NCBI RefSeq assembly: GCF_042660085.1
Contig: NZ_JBHSTI010000009.1
Location: 1-32,000, forward strand
Origin: Longivirga aurantiaca
GTDB taxonomy: Bacteria > Actinomycetota > Actinomycetes > S36-B12 > CAIYMF01
DNA length: 32,000 bases
Direction of reading: 5' to 3'
Shown here: positions 17,570 through 26,334 of the stretch, piece by piece
How the letters are laid out: the number at the start of each line of letters is the position of its first letter
Position numbering within the stretch: position 1 is the first letter of the stretch
Notes under the pieces: model-generated
The model's database searches: none
The model's input: only the letters and a program-made list of their open reading frames with translations
What the model was told of the DNA's origin: nothing
Made by a program: the position numbers and the translations under genes

Positions 17570-18424
17570 TCAGCCGGTCGGTGGCGGTGGTCTCCGGGCT
17601 CGGAGGAGGCCTTCCTGGGCGGTCGTCGCGACGAGCCTGCCGTCCTGGCGGTAGACCCGACCCCAGGCAATCCCCCGCCCGCCTGCGGCGCCCGGCGACA
17701 CCTGGTCGTGCAGGAGCCAGTCGTCCACGCGCAAGTCGTGGAGGAACCACATCGAGTGGTCCAGTGTCGCGATGACGAAGCCGTGGGGCTGTGCGTCCTC
17801 GTCGGGGAGGGGCACTGCCGCGAGCATGCTGAGGTCGCTGACGTAGGCGAGGACAGCCGCGTGCAGCAGAGGGTCGTCGGGGAGCTGCGCCGCCGCCCTG
17901 ACCCACACCTGCAGGGAGGGGTTCTCCTCGGTCACGGCATCGTCGTCGCAGCGCATCTCCAGCGCGGACCACTCGACGTGGGCGAGCGTTCCGTACCGGG
18001 CTCGTGAGGCGAGCCTGCTGTGCCAGTTCGGCAGGGACTCCGGCGGTGCGGCGATCGGCATCGGAGCCTGGTGCTCGAGCCCCTCCTCCTGGTCCTGGAA
18101 CGACGACGTCATCGTGCAGAGAGCTGTCCCACCCTGGATGACGGTCGTGCGACGGGTGCTGAACGCCCTGCTCTCCCGGAGGTTCTCGACCCGGAGGACC
18201 ACCGGCACAGCCGGGTCGCCGCCGTGCAGGAAGTTCGCGTGCAACGAGTGCACCCGACGGGTTGGGCCCACAGTGCGGCCGGCGGCCATCAGAGCCTGCG
18301 CGACGACGAGCCCGCCGAACATGCGGTGGTCGGATTCGTTGACTGCACGGCTGCGGAAGTGATCGGGGTCCAACTGCTCGAGGTCGAGGACCGCCAGCAG
18401 AGGTGCGACCGAGGGCGATGTCAT
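17570..18424 (-). CDS. tesB: Acyl-CoA thioesterase II (double hot-dog)
   Basis: 284 aa. LLAVLDLEQLDPDHFR...MFGGLVVAQAL N-terminus is typical of TesB. The start overlaps the HAD gene stop (ATGA at 18421-18424). Confidence 0.9.
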   Translation of the reverse strand: MTSPSVAPLLAVLDLEQLDPDHFRSRAVNESDHRMFGGLVVAQALMAAGRTVGPTRRVHSLHANFLHGGDPAVPVVLRVENLRESRAFSTRRTTVIQGGTALCTMTSSFQDQEEGLEHQAPMPIAAPPESLPNWHSRLASRARYGTLAHVEWSALEMRCDDDAVTEENPSLQVWVRAAAQLPDDPLLHAAVLAYVSDLSMLAAVPLPDEDAQPHGFVIATLDHSMWFLHDLRVDDWLLHDQVSPGAAGGRGIAWGRVYRQDGRLVATTAQEGLLRARRPPPPTG

Positions 18425-19077
18425 GTTCCCCCGCGATCAAGGAGCAGGGGAAGCTCCCGCATGTCCCGGAACACGATGGCACCGAGGCTGGAGAGGGCGT
18501 CGTCCTCCTGGGTGGCCCCGGTGTAGGCGAAGCAGTCCATCGCAGCTGCCCGTGCAGCGCGGACACCCGTGATGCTGTCTTCGACCACGGCGCACGAGCT
18601 CGGCAGCGCGCCGAGCGACCTCGCCGCGTGGAGGAACAGATCGGGCGCGGGCTTGGGCTGTGCGACATCGCTCGCGACGAACACGGCGTTCTCGAACCGC
18701 TCGAGAAGGTTCACACGTCGGAGGTTTCGACGGGTCGTTGCGCGATCCCCGTTGGTTGCGACGCACATCGGGACCCCGATTCGTGCGAGCGCCTCGCTCA
18801 CGCCGTCCACTGCATGGAGGCGGGAGTCGAATGCCGCCTCGCAGCGGGAACGGAGCTCCTCCGCCCACCCCTGCTCGAGCCGATCGCCTAGCTCGTCCCG
18901 CACACCCGCCTGCCACTGGGTCGGGGTGCAACCGGAGAACCGGCGGCGCAGCTCGTCGGCCTCGACCTCCCAGCCGAGGGCCCGGAACATCTCGGCGCTG
19001 ACCTCGGCGGCCAGCCGCTCGCTGTCCACGAGGACTCCGTCGCAGTCGAGGATGACGAGTGTGTACGGCGTGGGCAT
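18421..19077 (-). CDS. HAD-IA superfamily phosphatase
   Basis: Internal ATG (CAT at 19075-19077 on +) gives MPTPYTLVILDCDGVLVDSE. HAD motifs present: I (DxDGV), II (ATNG), III (KPAPD), IV (EDSxxG). The N-terminal extension of the 304-aa ORF is Arg/Pro-rich and overlaps the ferredoxin gene. Confidence 0.8.
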   Translation of the reverse strand: MPTPYTLVILDCDGVLVDSERLAAEVSAEMFRALGWEVEADELRRRFSGCTPTQWQAGVRDELGDRLEQGWAEELRSRCEAAFDSRLHAVDGVSEALARIGVPMCVATNGDRATTRRNLRRVNLLERFENAVFVASDVAQPKPAPDLFLHAARSLGALPSSCAVVEDSITGVRAARAAAMDCFAYTGATQEDDALSSLGAIVFRDMRELPLLLDRGGT

Positions 19078-19100
19078 GAGTCGGTGGCTCGGAGCGGCGG

Positions 19101-19292
19101 TCAGGAGAGCAGGCTGATGGCGAGCCGTGGGCAGGAGTCGATCGCGAGCGTGACGTCCTCCTCGAGCTCGAGGGGGACGTCGGCCGCCACTGCCTGGGTC
19201 GTGCCGTCGCCCGCCAGCACGAAGACGTCGGGGACCAGTCCACGGCAGACCCCGGCGGACTCGCAGAACTCCTGGTTCACGGTGGCACGCAC
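19101..19292 (-). CDS. Small [3Fe-4S]-type ferredoxin (P450 redox-partner type)
   Basis: GTG at 19292 preceded by GGGAG (the ORF track TTG at 19304 is the alternative). Translation (M)RATVNQEFCESAGVC...DSCP carries the C-x5-C...CP cluster motif. Confidence 0.8.
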   Translation of the reverse strand: MRATVNQEFCESAGVCRGLVPDVFVLAGDGTTQAVAADVPLELEEDVTLAIDSCPRLAISLLS

Positions 19293-19334
19293 GAGGGCTC
19301 CCAAGGATGTGGTTCACTGCGGTCAGTGTAGCCA

Positions 19335-19350
19335 ACCAAGCGCTTGACAG
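19335..19350. promoter_or_regulatory. Operator copy 1: ACCAAGCGCTTGACAG (palindromic core CAAGCGCTTG)
   Basis: Read directly. Identical 16-mers occur at 24026-24041 and, reverse-complemented, at 31922-31937. This copy lies between the divergent ferredoxin and P450 genes. Confidence 0.55.
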
Positions 19351-19373
19351 ACAATGGCGGGCCCGCCTAGTTT
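19344..19373 (+). promoter_or_regulatory. Candidate P450-operon promoter: TTGACA (19344-19349), 18-bp spacer, TAGTTT (19368-19373)
   Basis: The -35 is the right half of operator copy 1 and the -10 is of TAnnnT type. On the opposite strand TACACT (19330-19325) is a candidate -10 for the ferredoxin operon, 4 bp from the operator. Confidence 0.45.
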
Positions 19374-19481
19374 GCTCGCGACCGGGGTATCCCGGCGAGG
19401 GCGCCCTGACGCTCCGCCCGGGCGGCCTGACGTCGACCGCCGCGTCGCATGCGTGGGGGCCCGGCCTCGACGAGGAGCGAC

Positions 19482-20732
19482 ATGTCTGGCGAATGCCCAG
19501 TCCGGCACGACTTCCAGATGCTCGAGCAGTCGTTCGTGAAGGACCCGTACGCGACCTGCCCCGCCGTCCAGGAGTCGCCGGTCTTCTGGTCCTCCGACCT
19601 CGGCTGCTACGTGGTGACGCGCTACGACGACGTGCAGCGGGTGCTGTCCGACCACGAGCTGTTCTCGAACGCGGCGACCAATGTGCCGGTGACCCCCATC
19701 AACGAGGAGGCGCAGCGGGTTCTCGACGAGAGCGAGGTGTGGTTCCGGCCCAACCTCACCAACGCGGACGCGCCGCGGCACACGATGGTCCGGCGCTGGG
19801 TGGCCGACGCGATGAGCCCTCGGCGGATCCGCGCCCTCGAGCCGGGCGTGCGCGCCTGGGCGTCCACCAAGGTGGACGAGATGGTGGCCAAGGGCCGCGC
19901 CGACATCTACGCCGAGCTCTGCTTCCCGCTCCCGGCCATCACCGGCTTCACCCTCCTCGGGTTCCCGCCGGAGGACGTCGAGCAGCTCAAGTCCTGGTGC
20001 GACCGGCGGGTCGTGCTCACATACGGACGCGCGACGGGCGCCGAGCAGGTCGAGGTTGCTGAGAACGTGGCCGCCTTCTGGCGCTACACGAACGAGTTCG
20101 CCCAGTCGCGGATCGACGATCCCCGCGACGACCTCACGAGCGACATCATCAAGCACCACCTCGCCGACCCCGAGGAGTTCTCGCTGCGCGATGTGTCGGC
20201 CGTCCTGTTCGGGCTGTCGATCGCGGCGCACGAGACCACCACCAACCTGATGACCAACGGCGTCCGTCAGCTGCTCGCGCACCGCGAGCAGTGGGAGGCG
20301 CTGGTCGCCGACCCGACGCTGATCCCCAACACGATCGAGGAGTGCCTCCGATTCGACGGGCCCGTCATCGCGTGGCGGCGGCGCGCGACGGCCGACGTCG
20401 ACGTCTCAGGGACGGTCATCCCCAAGGACTCGGTCGTCCTGATGCTGCTCTACTCGGCGAACCACGACCCGCGCCGCTTCGACGACGCCGGCAGCTTCGA
20501 CATCCGCCGCCCCGAGGCCCGTTACCACCTGACGTTCGGCAAGGGCACCCACTTCTGCGCCGGCGCGCCGATGGCCCGCATGGAGATGAAGATCCTGCTC
20601 GAGAACCTGATCGAGAAGGCTCCCGGGATGCGGCTGGTCGAGGATCAGGCGCTGGAGTTCATCCCCAACATCTCCCAGCGGGGCCCGCACGGCCTCGTCG
20701 TCGACTTCGAACCGGCCCTCACCCACGCCTGA
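19482..20732 (+). CDS. Cytochrome P450 monooxygenase
   Basis: Heme-binding loop [14 protein letters not shown] (FxxGxHxCxG), ExxR (EECLRF) and an I-helix segment ([10 protein letters not shown]). ATG at 19482 has GAGGAG 5 nt upstream; the alternative ATG is at 19449. Confidence 0.92.
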   Translation: MSGECPVRHDFQMLEQSFVKDPYATCPAVQESPVFWSSDLGCYVVTRYDDVQRVLSDHELFSNAATNVPVTPINEEAQRVLDESEVWFRPNLTNADAPRHTMVRRWVADAMSPRRIRALEPGVRAWASTKVDEMVAKGRADIYAELCFPLPAITGFTLLGFPPEDVEQLKSWCDRRVVLTYGRATGAEQVEVAENVAAFWRYTNEFAQSRIDDPRDDLTSDIIKHHLADPEEFSLRDVSAVLFGLSIAAHETTTNLMTNGVRQLLAHREQWEALVADPTLIPNTIEECLRFDGPVIAWRRRATADVDVSGTVIPKDSVVLMLLYSANHDPRRFDDAGSFDIRRPEARYHLTFGKGTHFCAGAPMARMEMKILLENLIEKAPGMRLVEDQALEFIPNISQRGPHGLVVDFEPALTHA

Positions 20733-20788
20733 TCCGGTGGCCGGCGCCGCCGCGCGTCACCGTCGTACCTCACCTGGAGCCCTCACCC

Positions 20789-21988
20789 ATGCGCGAAGCA
20801 GCAGTCATCTCCACCGCCCGCACGCCCATCGGCAAGGCGTATCGCGGTGCCTTCAACGACACGCAGGGCCAGGCGCTGGCGGCGCATGCCATCGCGCACG
20901 CGGTGGCGCGAGCCGGCATCGACCCGGCTGAGATCGAGGATGTGGTTCTCGGCTGCGCACTTCCGGAGGGTTCCACGGGGCTCAACGTCGCGCGGCAGGG
21001 AGCCATCCGCGCGGGCCTGCCGGTGACCGTGTCGGGGATGACGATGGACCGGCAGTGCTCGTCGGGCCTCATGGCCATCGCGACGGCGGCCAAGCAGATC
21101 GTGGTGGACGGCGTGCGTGTGGCCGTCGGCGGCGGTGTCGAGTCGGTCTCCCTCGTCCAGAACGAGCACCAGAACAAGTTCCGCATGCAGGACCCCTGGC
21201 TGGACGAGCACCGACCCGACATCTACATGCCGATGCTGTACACCGCGGAGATCGTGGCCGAGCGGTACGGCGTCACCCGTGAGATGCAGGACGAGTTCAG
21301 CGCGCAGTCACAGCAGCGGGCGGCTGCCGCCGCGGCCCGCGGAGTGTTCGACGACGAGATCGTGCCGATCACCGTGACCAAGCTCGTGCGCGACAAGGCC
21401 ACCGGAGAGACGAGCGCGGTCGAGGTGACCCTGTCGCAGGACGAGGGCATCCGCGGCGAGACCACCGTCGAGACCCTGTCGGCGCTGCGGCCGGTGCTCC
21501 CCGACGGTGCGGCGTCGCAGGTGTCGACCGTGACGGCCGGCAACGCCTCGCAGCTCTCGGACGGGGCGGCGGCGGTGGTCCTCATGGAGGCGCAGGAGGC
21601 GTCCAGCCGGGGCATCACCCCGCTCGGCTTCTACCGGGGCATCGCCGTCACGGGCTGCGCACCCGACGAGATGGGGATCGGGCCCGTGACGGCCATCCCC
21701 AAGCTCCTGGCGCAGCACAGCCTGAAGATCGAGGACATCGGGGTCTGGGAGCTCAACGAGGCGTTCGCGTCGCAGGCCCTCTACTGCCGCGACTTCCTGG
21801 GCATCGACCCCGAGCTGTTCAACCCCAACGGCGGCGGGATCGCCGTCGGCCACCCCTATGGCATGACCGGCGCCCGGCTGGTCGGGCACGCGCTCCTGGA
21901 GGGGAAGCGCCGCGGCGCCCGCTACGTCGTCATCTCGATGTGCGTCGGCGGCGGCATGGGTGCTGCCGGCCTGTTCGAGGTGGCCTGA
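20789..21988 (+). CDS. Acetyl-CoA C-acyltransferase (degradative thiolase, FadA type)
   Basis: 399 aa from the internal ATG at 20789. [22 protein letters not shown], active-site Cys in DRQCSSGL, and C-terminal [17 protein letters not shown] and MCVGGGMG. Confidence 0.93.
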   Translation: MREAAVISTARTPIGKAYRGAFNDTQGQALAAHAIAHAVARAGIDPAEIEDVVLGCALPEGSTGLNVARQGAIRAGLPVTVSGMTMDRQCSSGLMAIATAAKQIVVDGVRVAVGGGVESVSLVQNEHQNKFRMQDPWLDEHRPDIYMPMLYTAEIVAERYGVTREMQDEFSAQSQQRAAAAAARGVFDDEIVPITVTKLVRDKATGETSAVEVTLSQDEGIRGETTVETLSALRPVLPDGAASQVSTVTAGNASQLSDGAAAVVLMEAQEASSRGITPLGFYRGIAVTGCAPDEMGIGPVTAIPKLLAQHSLKIEDIGVWELNEAFASQALYCRDFLGIDPELFNPNGGGIAVGHPYGMTGARLVGHALLEGKRRGARYVVISMCVGGGMGAAGLFEVA

Positions 21989-22038
21989 CCCGCGATGTCG
22001 ACCGGCAGCAACCACGAGCGGAACCGGAGGACGGCGAG

Positions 22039-22725
22039 GTGAGCGCGAGCCGATCGGTGCCGTCGGTCGGAGTGCGCGGCGTGGTCTTCGACTACGGCGG
22101 CGTCCTCACCACACCGGTCGGCGACTCCATCCGTGCCTGGCTCGCGCGGGCGGCGATCGAGCCGTCCAGCTTCTCCCGGACGCTGAAGGAGTGGCTGTCG
22201 AGGGATGCGCCGTCAGGGACCCCGGTGCACAGGCTCGAGACCGGCGCGCTCAGCGTGGACGAGTTCAACGTCCTGCTCGCCGAGCGCCTGGTCCGTCTGG
22301 ACGGTAGCCCCGTGGAGCCCGACGGGCTGCTGAAGGGCCTGTTCGCCGACGTGCGTCCCGACCCGGCCATGATCGGCCTGGTCGAGCGACTGTCGGCGAA
22401 CGGCGTCGAGGTGGCGCTTCTGTCGAACAGCTGGGGGAGCGACGACTACCCCTGGGACGTCGTCGACCGGCTCTTCCGCACGACCGTCATCTCCGGCCGC
22501 GACGGCGTGCGCAAGCCGGATCGCGAGTCCTTCGCACTGGTGCTCGACAGGATGGGTCTCGGCGCCGACGTCACTGTCTTCGTCGACGACGCCGAGCCCA
22601 ACGTCCTCGGTGCCCGCAGGGTGGGCATGCGCGCCATCCACCATGTCGACGCCGCGTCGACACGTGCCGAGCTCGAGGAACTCATCCCTGCACTGACCGT
22701 CGACCTCACCGAGGAGAGCACGTGA
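22039..22725 (+). CDS. HAD-superfamily hydrolase (subfamily IA, epoxide-hydrolase N-terminal-phosphatase-like)
   Basis: GTG at 22039 after GGAGGA. VVFDYGGVLT motif I variant, plus SNS, KPD and DD motifs. Confidence 0.78.
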   Translation: MSASRSVPSVGVRGVVFDYGGVLTTPVGDSIRAWLARAAIEPSSFSRTLKEWLSRDAPSGTPVHRLETGALSVDEFNVLLAERLVRLDGSPVEPDGLLKGLFADVRPDPAMIGLVERLSANGVEVALLSNSWGSDDYPWDVVDRLFRTTVISGRDGVRKPDRESFALVLDRMGLGADVTVFVDDAEPNVLGARRVGMRAIHHVDAASTRAELEELIPALTVDLTEEST

Positions 22726-23492
22726 CCGCCGCTGCCAGCCCTGCGACCCGCACAGCGATCGTGACCGGGGGTGCCCGAGGGATCGGTGCGGCCATCTCGC
22801 GCCGGCTCGCGGCCGACGGCCTCGCCGTGGCCGTGGTCGATCTGGATGAGAGCAGCTGCACGACCACGCTGGAGGCGATCCGCGCGGACGGTGGCACGGC
22901 TCTCGCCGTCGGCGCGGACGTCGCCGACGAGGCGAGCGTCGAGGCGGCCGTCGCGACGGTGGCCGACGAGCTCGGCGCGCCGTCCGTGCTGGTCAACAAC
23001 GCCGGCATCACGCGGGACAACCTGCTCTTCAAGATGACCGTGGACGACTGGGACAGCGTGATGGCCGTGCACCTGCGGGGCACCTTCCTCATGTCCCGCG
23101 CCGCGCAGAAGCACATGGTCGCGGCGGGCTTCGGTCGCATCGTGAACCTGTCGAGCGTGTCGGCCCTCGGCAACCGCGGCCAGGCCAACTACGCGGCGGC
23201 CAAGGCCGGGATCCAGGGCATCACCAAGACGCTCGCCATCGAGCTCGGCCGGTACGGCGTGACGGCGAACGCGATCGCGCCCGGATTCATCGAGACGGAG
23301 ATGACGGCCGCGACCGCGGCGCGCATGGGGATGGACTTCGAGGAGGCCAAGCGCCTCGGTGCGGAGCAGATCCCCGTAGGTCGGGTCGGCCAGCCCGAGG
23401 ACATCGCGCACCTGGTGTCCTATCTCGTCAGCGAGGGTGCCGGCTTCGTCTCCGGACAGGTCATCTACGCCGCCGGAGGCCCGAAGACCTGA
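22722..23492 (+). CDS. 3-oxoacyl-(ACP/CoA) reductase-type SDR (FabG-like)
   Basis: 256 aa. GTGA overlap with the HAD gene. TGGARGIG, NNAGI, S...YAAAKAG and PGFI motifs. Confidence 0.9.
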   Translation: MTAAASPATRTAIVTGGARGIGAAISRRLAADGLAVAVVDLDESSCTTTLEAIRADGGTALAVGADVADEASVEAAVATVADELGAPSVLVNNAGITRDNLLFKMTVDDWDSVMAVHLRGTFLMSRAAQKHMVAAGFGRIVNLSSVSALGNRGQANYAAAKAGIQGITKTLAIELGRYGVTANAIAPGFIETEMTAATAARMGMDFEEAKRLGAEQIPVGRVGQPEDIAHLVSYLVSEGAGFVSGQVIYAAGGPKT

Positions 23493-23525
23493 CCCGGCGC
23501 CGCCCCTTTCCACGAGGAGTTCCCC

Positions 23526-23981
23526 ATGCGCGTGTTCCGTACGTTCGACGAGCTCTCCGCCTCGGTGGGCGAGGTGCTCGGCAGCAGCTCCTGGCTCCTG
23601 GTGGACCAGGCGCGCGTCGATGCATTCGCCGAGTGCACCGGCGACCACCAGTGGATCCACGTCGATGTCGCGCGGAGCGAGGCCGGCCCGTTCGGAGGCA
23701 CCATCGCGCACGGCTTCCTGACCCTCTCGCTGATCCCGGCGCTGCAGGCCGAGGTCTTCGTGCTCGAGACCCCCGGGCCGAAGCTCAACTACGGCGTGAA
23801 CAAGCTGCGCTTCCCGGCCCCGCTGCTCGTGGGGCGACGCGTGCGCGACACGTGCACGTTGCTCGAGGTCACCGAGCTTCCCGCCGGCCGCCAGGTCGTC
23901 GTGCGCCACGTCGTGGAGATCGAGGGCGAGGGCAAGCCGGCGCTGGTCGCCGACGCCGTCGCGCTGCTCCTCAACGTCTGA
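23526..23981 (+). CDS. MaoC-family (R)-specific enoyl-CoA hydratase
   Basis: 151 aa. FAECTGDHQWIHVDVARS...GGTIAHG is the hydratase-2 motif. Confidence 0.88.
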   Translation: MRVFRTFDELSASVGEVLGSSSWLLVDQARVDAFAECTGDHQWIHVDVARSEAGPFGGTIAHGFLTLSLIPALQAEVFVLETPGPKLNYGVNKLRFPAPLLVGRRVRDTCTLLEVTELPAGRQVVVRHVVEIEGEGKPALVADAVALLLNV

Positions 23982-24025
23982 GAACCTCGACGCACGGCCG
24001 CCCAGGGCCCTCGGTCACTTGTTCT

Positions 24026-24041
24026 ACCAAGCGCTTGACAG
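24026..24041. promoter_or_regulatory. Operator copy 2: ACCAAGCGCTTGACAG
   Basis: Read directly. The 19-mer TCTACCAAGCGCTTGACAG (24023-24041) is identical to the reverse complement of 31922-31940. Confidence 0.55.
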
Positions 24042-24064
24042 AGTGATTCGCGTCGCACTAACGT
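24035..24064 (+). promoter_or_regulatory. Candidate promoter of unit E: TTGACA (24035-24040), 18-bp spacer, TAACGT (24059-24064)
   Basis: Same architecture as copies 1 and 3. Lies about 85 nt upstream of the monooxygenase start. Confidence 0.45.
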
Positions 24065-24148
24065 CCGGGCCAAGGTCGAGTCCGGGCTCGCGAAGCTGTC
24101 CCGGCCGCCGTGCGCTGCACTGCGGCCCCATCGAACGAGGAGACTGTG

Positions 24149-25354
24149 GTGACGACGTACGCCGGCGAGGACCAGCAGACCAAGCGTCTCGAGACTGCCC
24201 GCGAGATCGGACACGTGCTCAACCGTGAGGCCGAGGCGGGCACGGAGGCCGGTCAGATCACTGACGCGGTCGTGCAGGCGATCCTCAGCTCCGGGCTGCT
24301 GAGCATCGGCGTCGCCCAGGCTGTCGGTGGCGAGCAGTGCTCGTACGCCGAGTGGGCCGCTGTGCTGGAGGAGCTCTCCCGCGCCGACGGGTCGGCCGGG
24401 TGGAGCTTCATGGCCACCAGCAGCCACGCTGCGGCCTTCAGCTCCGTGCTCCCGGACGCCGGGGTGCAGAGCTACTACGCAGGCGGTCGCCCGCCCGTGA
24501 TCGCCGGCATGCCCGCGCCCCGCGGACGCGCCGAGCGGGTCGAGGGCGGCTACATGTTCACGGGCAAGCACCAGTTCGCCTCCGGATCCGCCCTCGCCGA
24601 CCACTTCGTCGGCGGCGGCGTCGTGTTCGGCGCGGACGGCGAGCCGATCATGGCCGACAACGGCGTCCCGGAGATGGTCGCGGTGATCATCCCTCGCGAC
24701 AAGGTTCGTCTCATGGGCAACTGGAACGTCACCGGCCTCGAGGGCACGGCCAGCATCGACTTCGAGATCGGACCGATCTTCGTCGAGGAGGACAAGGTCG
24801 TCCACGTCAACCCGTGGCCGACCACCGTCTACCGCGGTACCTCGTTCTGGGCGCTGGGAGTTGAGATCCTCGGCCCATTGGGCCACTGCGCGCCCGCGCT
24901 CGGCGTCTCCAAGCGAGCGCTCCAGGAGGTGGCCGCCCTGGCTCCCACGCGCAAGCGCGTGGACGCGGCCTTCCCGACGGTCGGCGACCAGCCGCTGTTC
25001 CGTCACGACCTGGTCGCCCGCTGGGCGGACTGGCAGGCCACCCACCTCCTGTGGGACGACCTGCTCGTGCGCCTCGACGACTGGACCGCCAACAACGACG
25101 CGCAGCCTCCGCGCGAGCTGGTCGACCGGGCCAAGTACGTCGCCCGGCACATCCACGACACCGCTCTCAAGTGCGTCGACTTCGCCTACCACTGGTCGGG
25201 CACGGTCGGTCTTCGCTCGGAGGGCGTGGTCGGCCGCTGCTTCCGCAACGTCCACGCCATGGACGTGCACATCGCCGTGGACCGCAACAACTACGTCGTC
25301 GCCGCGGACAGCGTGATGCCCCTCCTGGGCGAGGGCGCGCACGACTTCGACTAG
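24149..25354 (+). CDS. ACAD-fold flavin-dependent monooxygenase, oxygenase component of a two-component system (HsaA/DszC/HpaH-C2 group)
   Basis: GTG at 24149 is 6 nt after GAGGAG (alternatives: 24146 or 24110). It lacks the acyl-CoA dehydrogenase TEPxxGSD-type motif but has GGYMFTGKHQFASGS, typical of group-D monooxygenases. A flavin reductase is encoded in the same operon (27090-27602). Confidence 0.72.
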   Translation: MTTYAGEDQQTKRLETAREIGHVLNREAEAGTEAGQITDAVVQAILSSGLLSIGVAQAVGGEQCSYAEWAAVLEELSRADGSAGWSFMATSSHAAAFSSVLPDAGVQSYYAGGRPPVIAGMPAPRGRAERVEGGYMFTGKHQFASGSALADHFVGGGVVFGADGEPIMADNGVPEMVAVIIPRDKVRLMGNWNVTGLEGTASIDFEIGPIFVEEDKVVHVNPWPTTVYRGTSFWALGVEILGPLGHCAPALGVSKRALQEVAALAPTRKRVDAAFPTVGDQPLFRHDLVARWADWQATHLLWDDLLVRLDDWTANNDAQPPRELVDRAKYVARHIHDTALKCVDFAYHWSGTVGLRSEGVVGRCFRNVHAMDVHIAVDRNNYVVAADSVMPLLGEGAHDFD

Positions 25355-25399
25355 CACCCGGCCGTCGACGTCCCACGTCGTCGTACCTCATCAAGGCAG

Positions 25400-25440
25400 C
25401 GAGGCGGTCGCGCGGCTCACGCAGACGTGCGGCCGCCTCG
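25400..25440 (+). terminator. Strong intercistronic stem-loop (attenuator, partial terminator or mRNA-stability element)
   Basis: CGAGGCGGTCGCGCG (25400-25414) pairs with CGTGCGGCCGCCTCG (25426-25440): 15 bp including 2 G-U pairs, with an 11-nt loop. No U-tract follows. Sits in the 113-bp gap between the monooxygenase and MBL genes. Confidence 0.3.
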
Positions 25441-25467
25441 GGCATCTTCCGGGCGAGAGGGCATCAC

Positions 25468-26325
25468 ATGAAGATCGGCAACGCCAGCATCGACGCCGTC
25501 CTCGACGGCGAGTTCGCGCTCGACCGATCGATCCCCTACCCCGGCATCGATCCCGATCGCTGGACCGGGTACGAGTCGTTGCTGCGCGACGGGACGCAGG
25601 TCGTCAACCAGCTCGGCGGCTACCTCGTCCGCACCGACGACCACATTGCTCTCGTCGATCTCGGCTTCGGCCCCACGCAGGTGCCCACCTGGACCTCGGG
25701 CAAGTTCCTGGACTCGCTGGCAGCGCTCGGAGTCAAGCCCGAGGACGTCACCGAGGTCTTCCTGACCCACCTGCACTTCGACCACATCGGGTGGGCCGCG
25801 GTCAACGGCGACCCGGTGTTCCCCAATGCGACGCACCGCTGCCACGCCCGGGACTGGGAGTACTTCACGGGGCCCGACTTCGAGGACAACCCGATGATGT
25901 TCGGGCCGGAAGCAGGCCTCGACCAGTGGCCCCAGGACATGCTGACGCGGGACAAGCTAGGTGCCATCGAGCACCTGCTCGAGCGCTGGGACGGCACGGC
26001 GGAGCTCGCCCACGGCATCAGCGTCATCGAGTACCCCGGTCACACGCCCGGCACCACAGCCATCAAAGTCACTGCTCAGGGCGAGTCCGCCATGCTCATC
26101 GGTGACATCGCCCATCACCAGGCCGAGCTGGTCGAGCCCGACTTCCACTTCATCGTGGACATGTCGCCGGAGGAGTCCGCAGCGTCGCAGAGCTCGCTCC
26201 TGGTCCAGCTCGAGCAGACCGGGATGCCCGTCGCGGGCGCACACTTCCAGGACTTCCAGTGGGGTCGCGTCGTTCGCGGCGGAACCGGCTATGCCTGGGC
26301 GCCCATCGACGCTGCGTCAGCCTGA
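25468..26325 (+). CDS. MBL-fold metallo-hydrolase (lactonase-like)
   Basis: 285 aa from the ATG at 25468. Metal motif THLHFDHIGW (HxHxDH) and a later GHTPG. Confidence 0.85.
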   Translation: MKIGNASIDAVLDGEFALDRSIPYPGIDPDRWTGYESLLRDGTQVVNQLGGYLVRTDDHIALVDLGFGPTQVPTWTSGKFLDSLAALGVKPEDVTEVFLTHLHFDHIGWAAVNGDPVFPNATHRCHARDWEYFTGPDFEDNPMMFGPEAGLDQWPQDMLTRDKLGAIEHLLERWDGTAELAHGISVIEYPGHTPGTTAIKVTAQGESAMLIGDIAHHQAELVEPDFHFIVDMSPEESAASQSSLLVQLEQTGMPVAGAHFQDFQWGRVVRGGTGYAWAPIDAASA

Positions 26326-26334
26326 TAGCGGAGG

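Noticed and set aside
24110-25354. Considered annotating this ACAD-fold protein as the missing beta-oxidation acyl-CoA dehydrogenase
   Set aside because: It lacks ACAD substrate/FAD motifs. It has the FASG-type motif of group-D monooxygenases and shares its operon with a flavin reductase. This remains unproven without an HMM or an assay.
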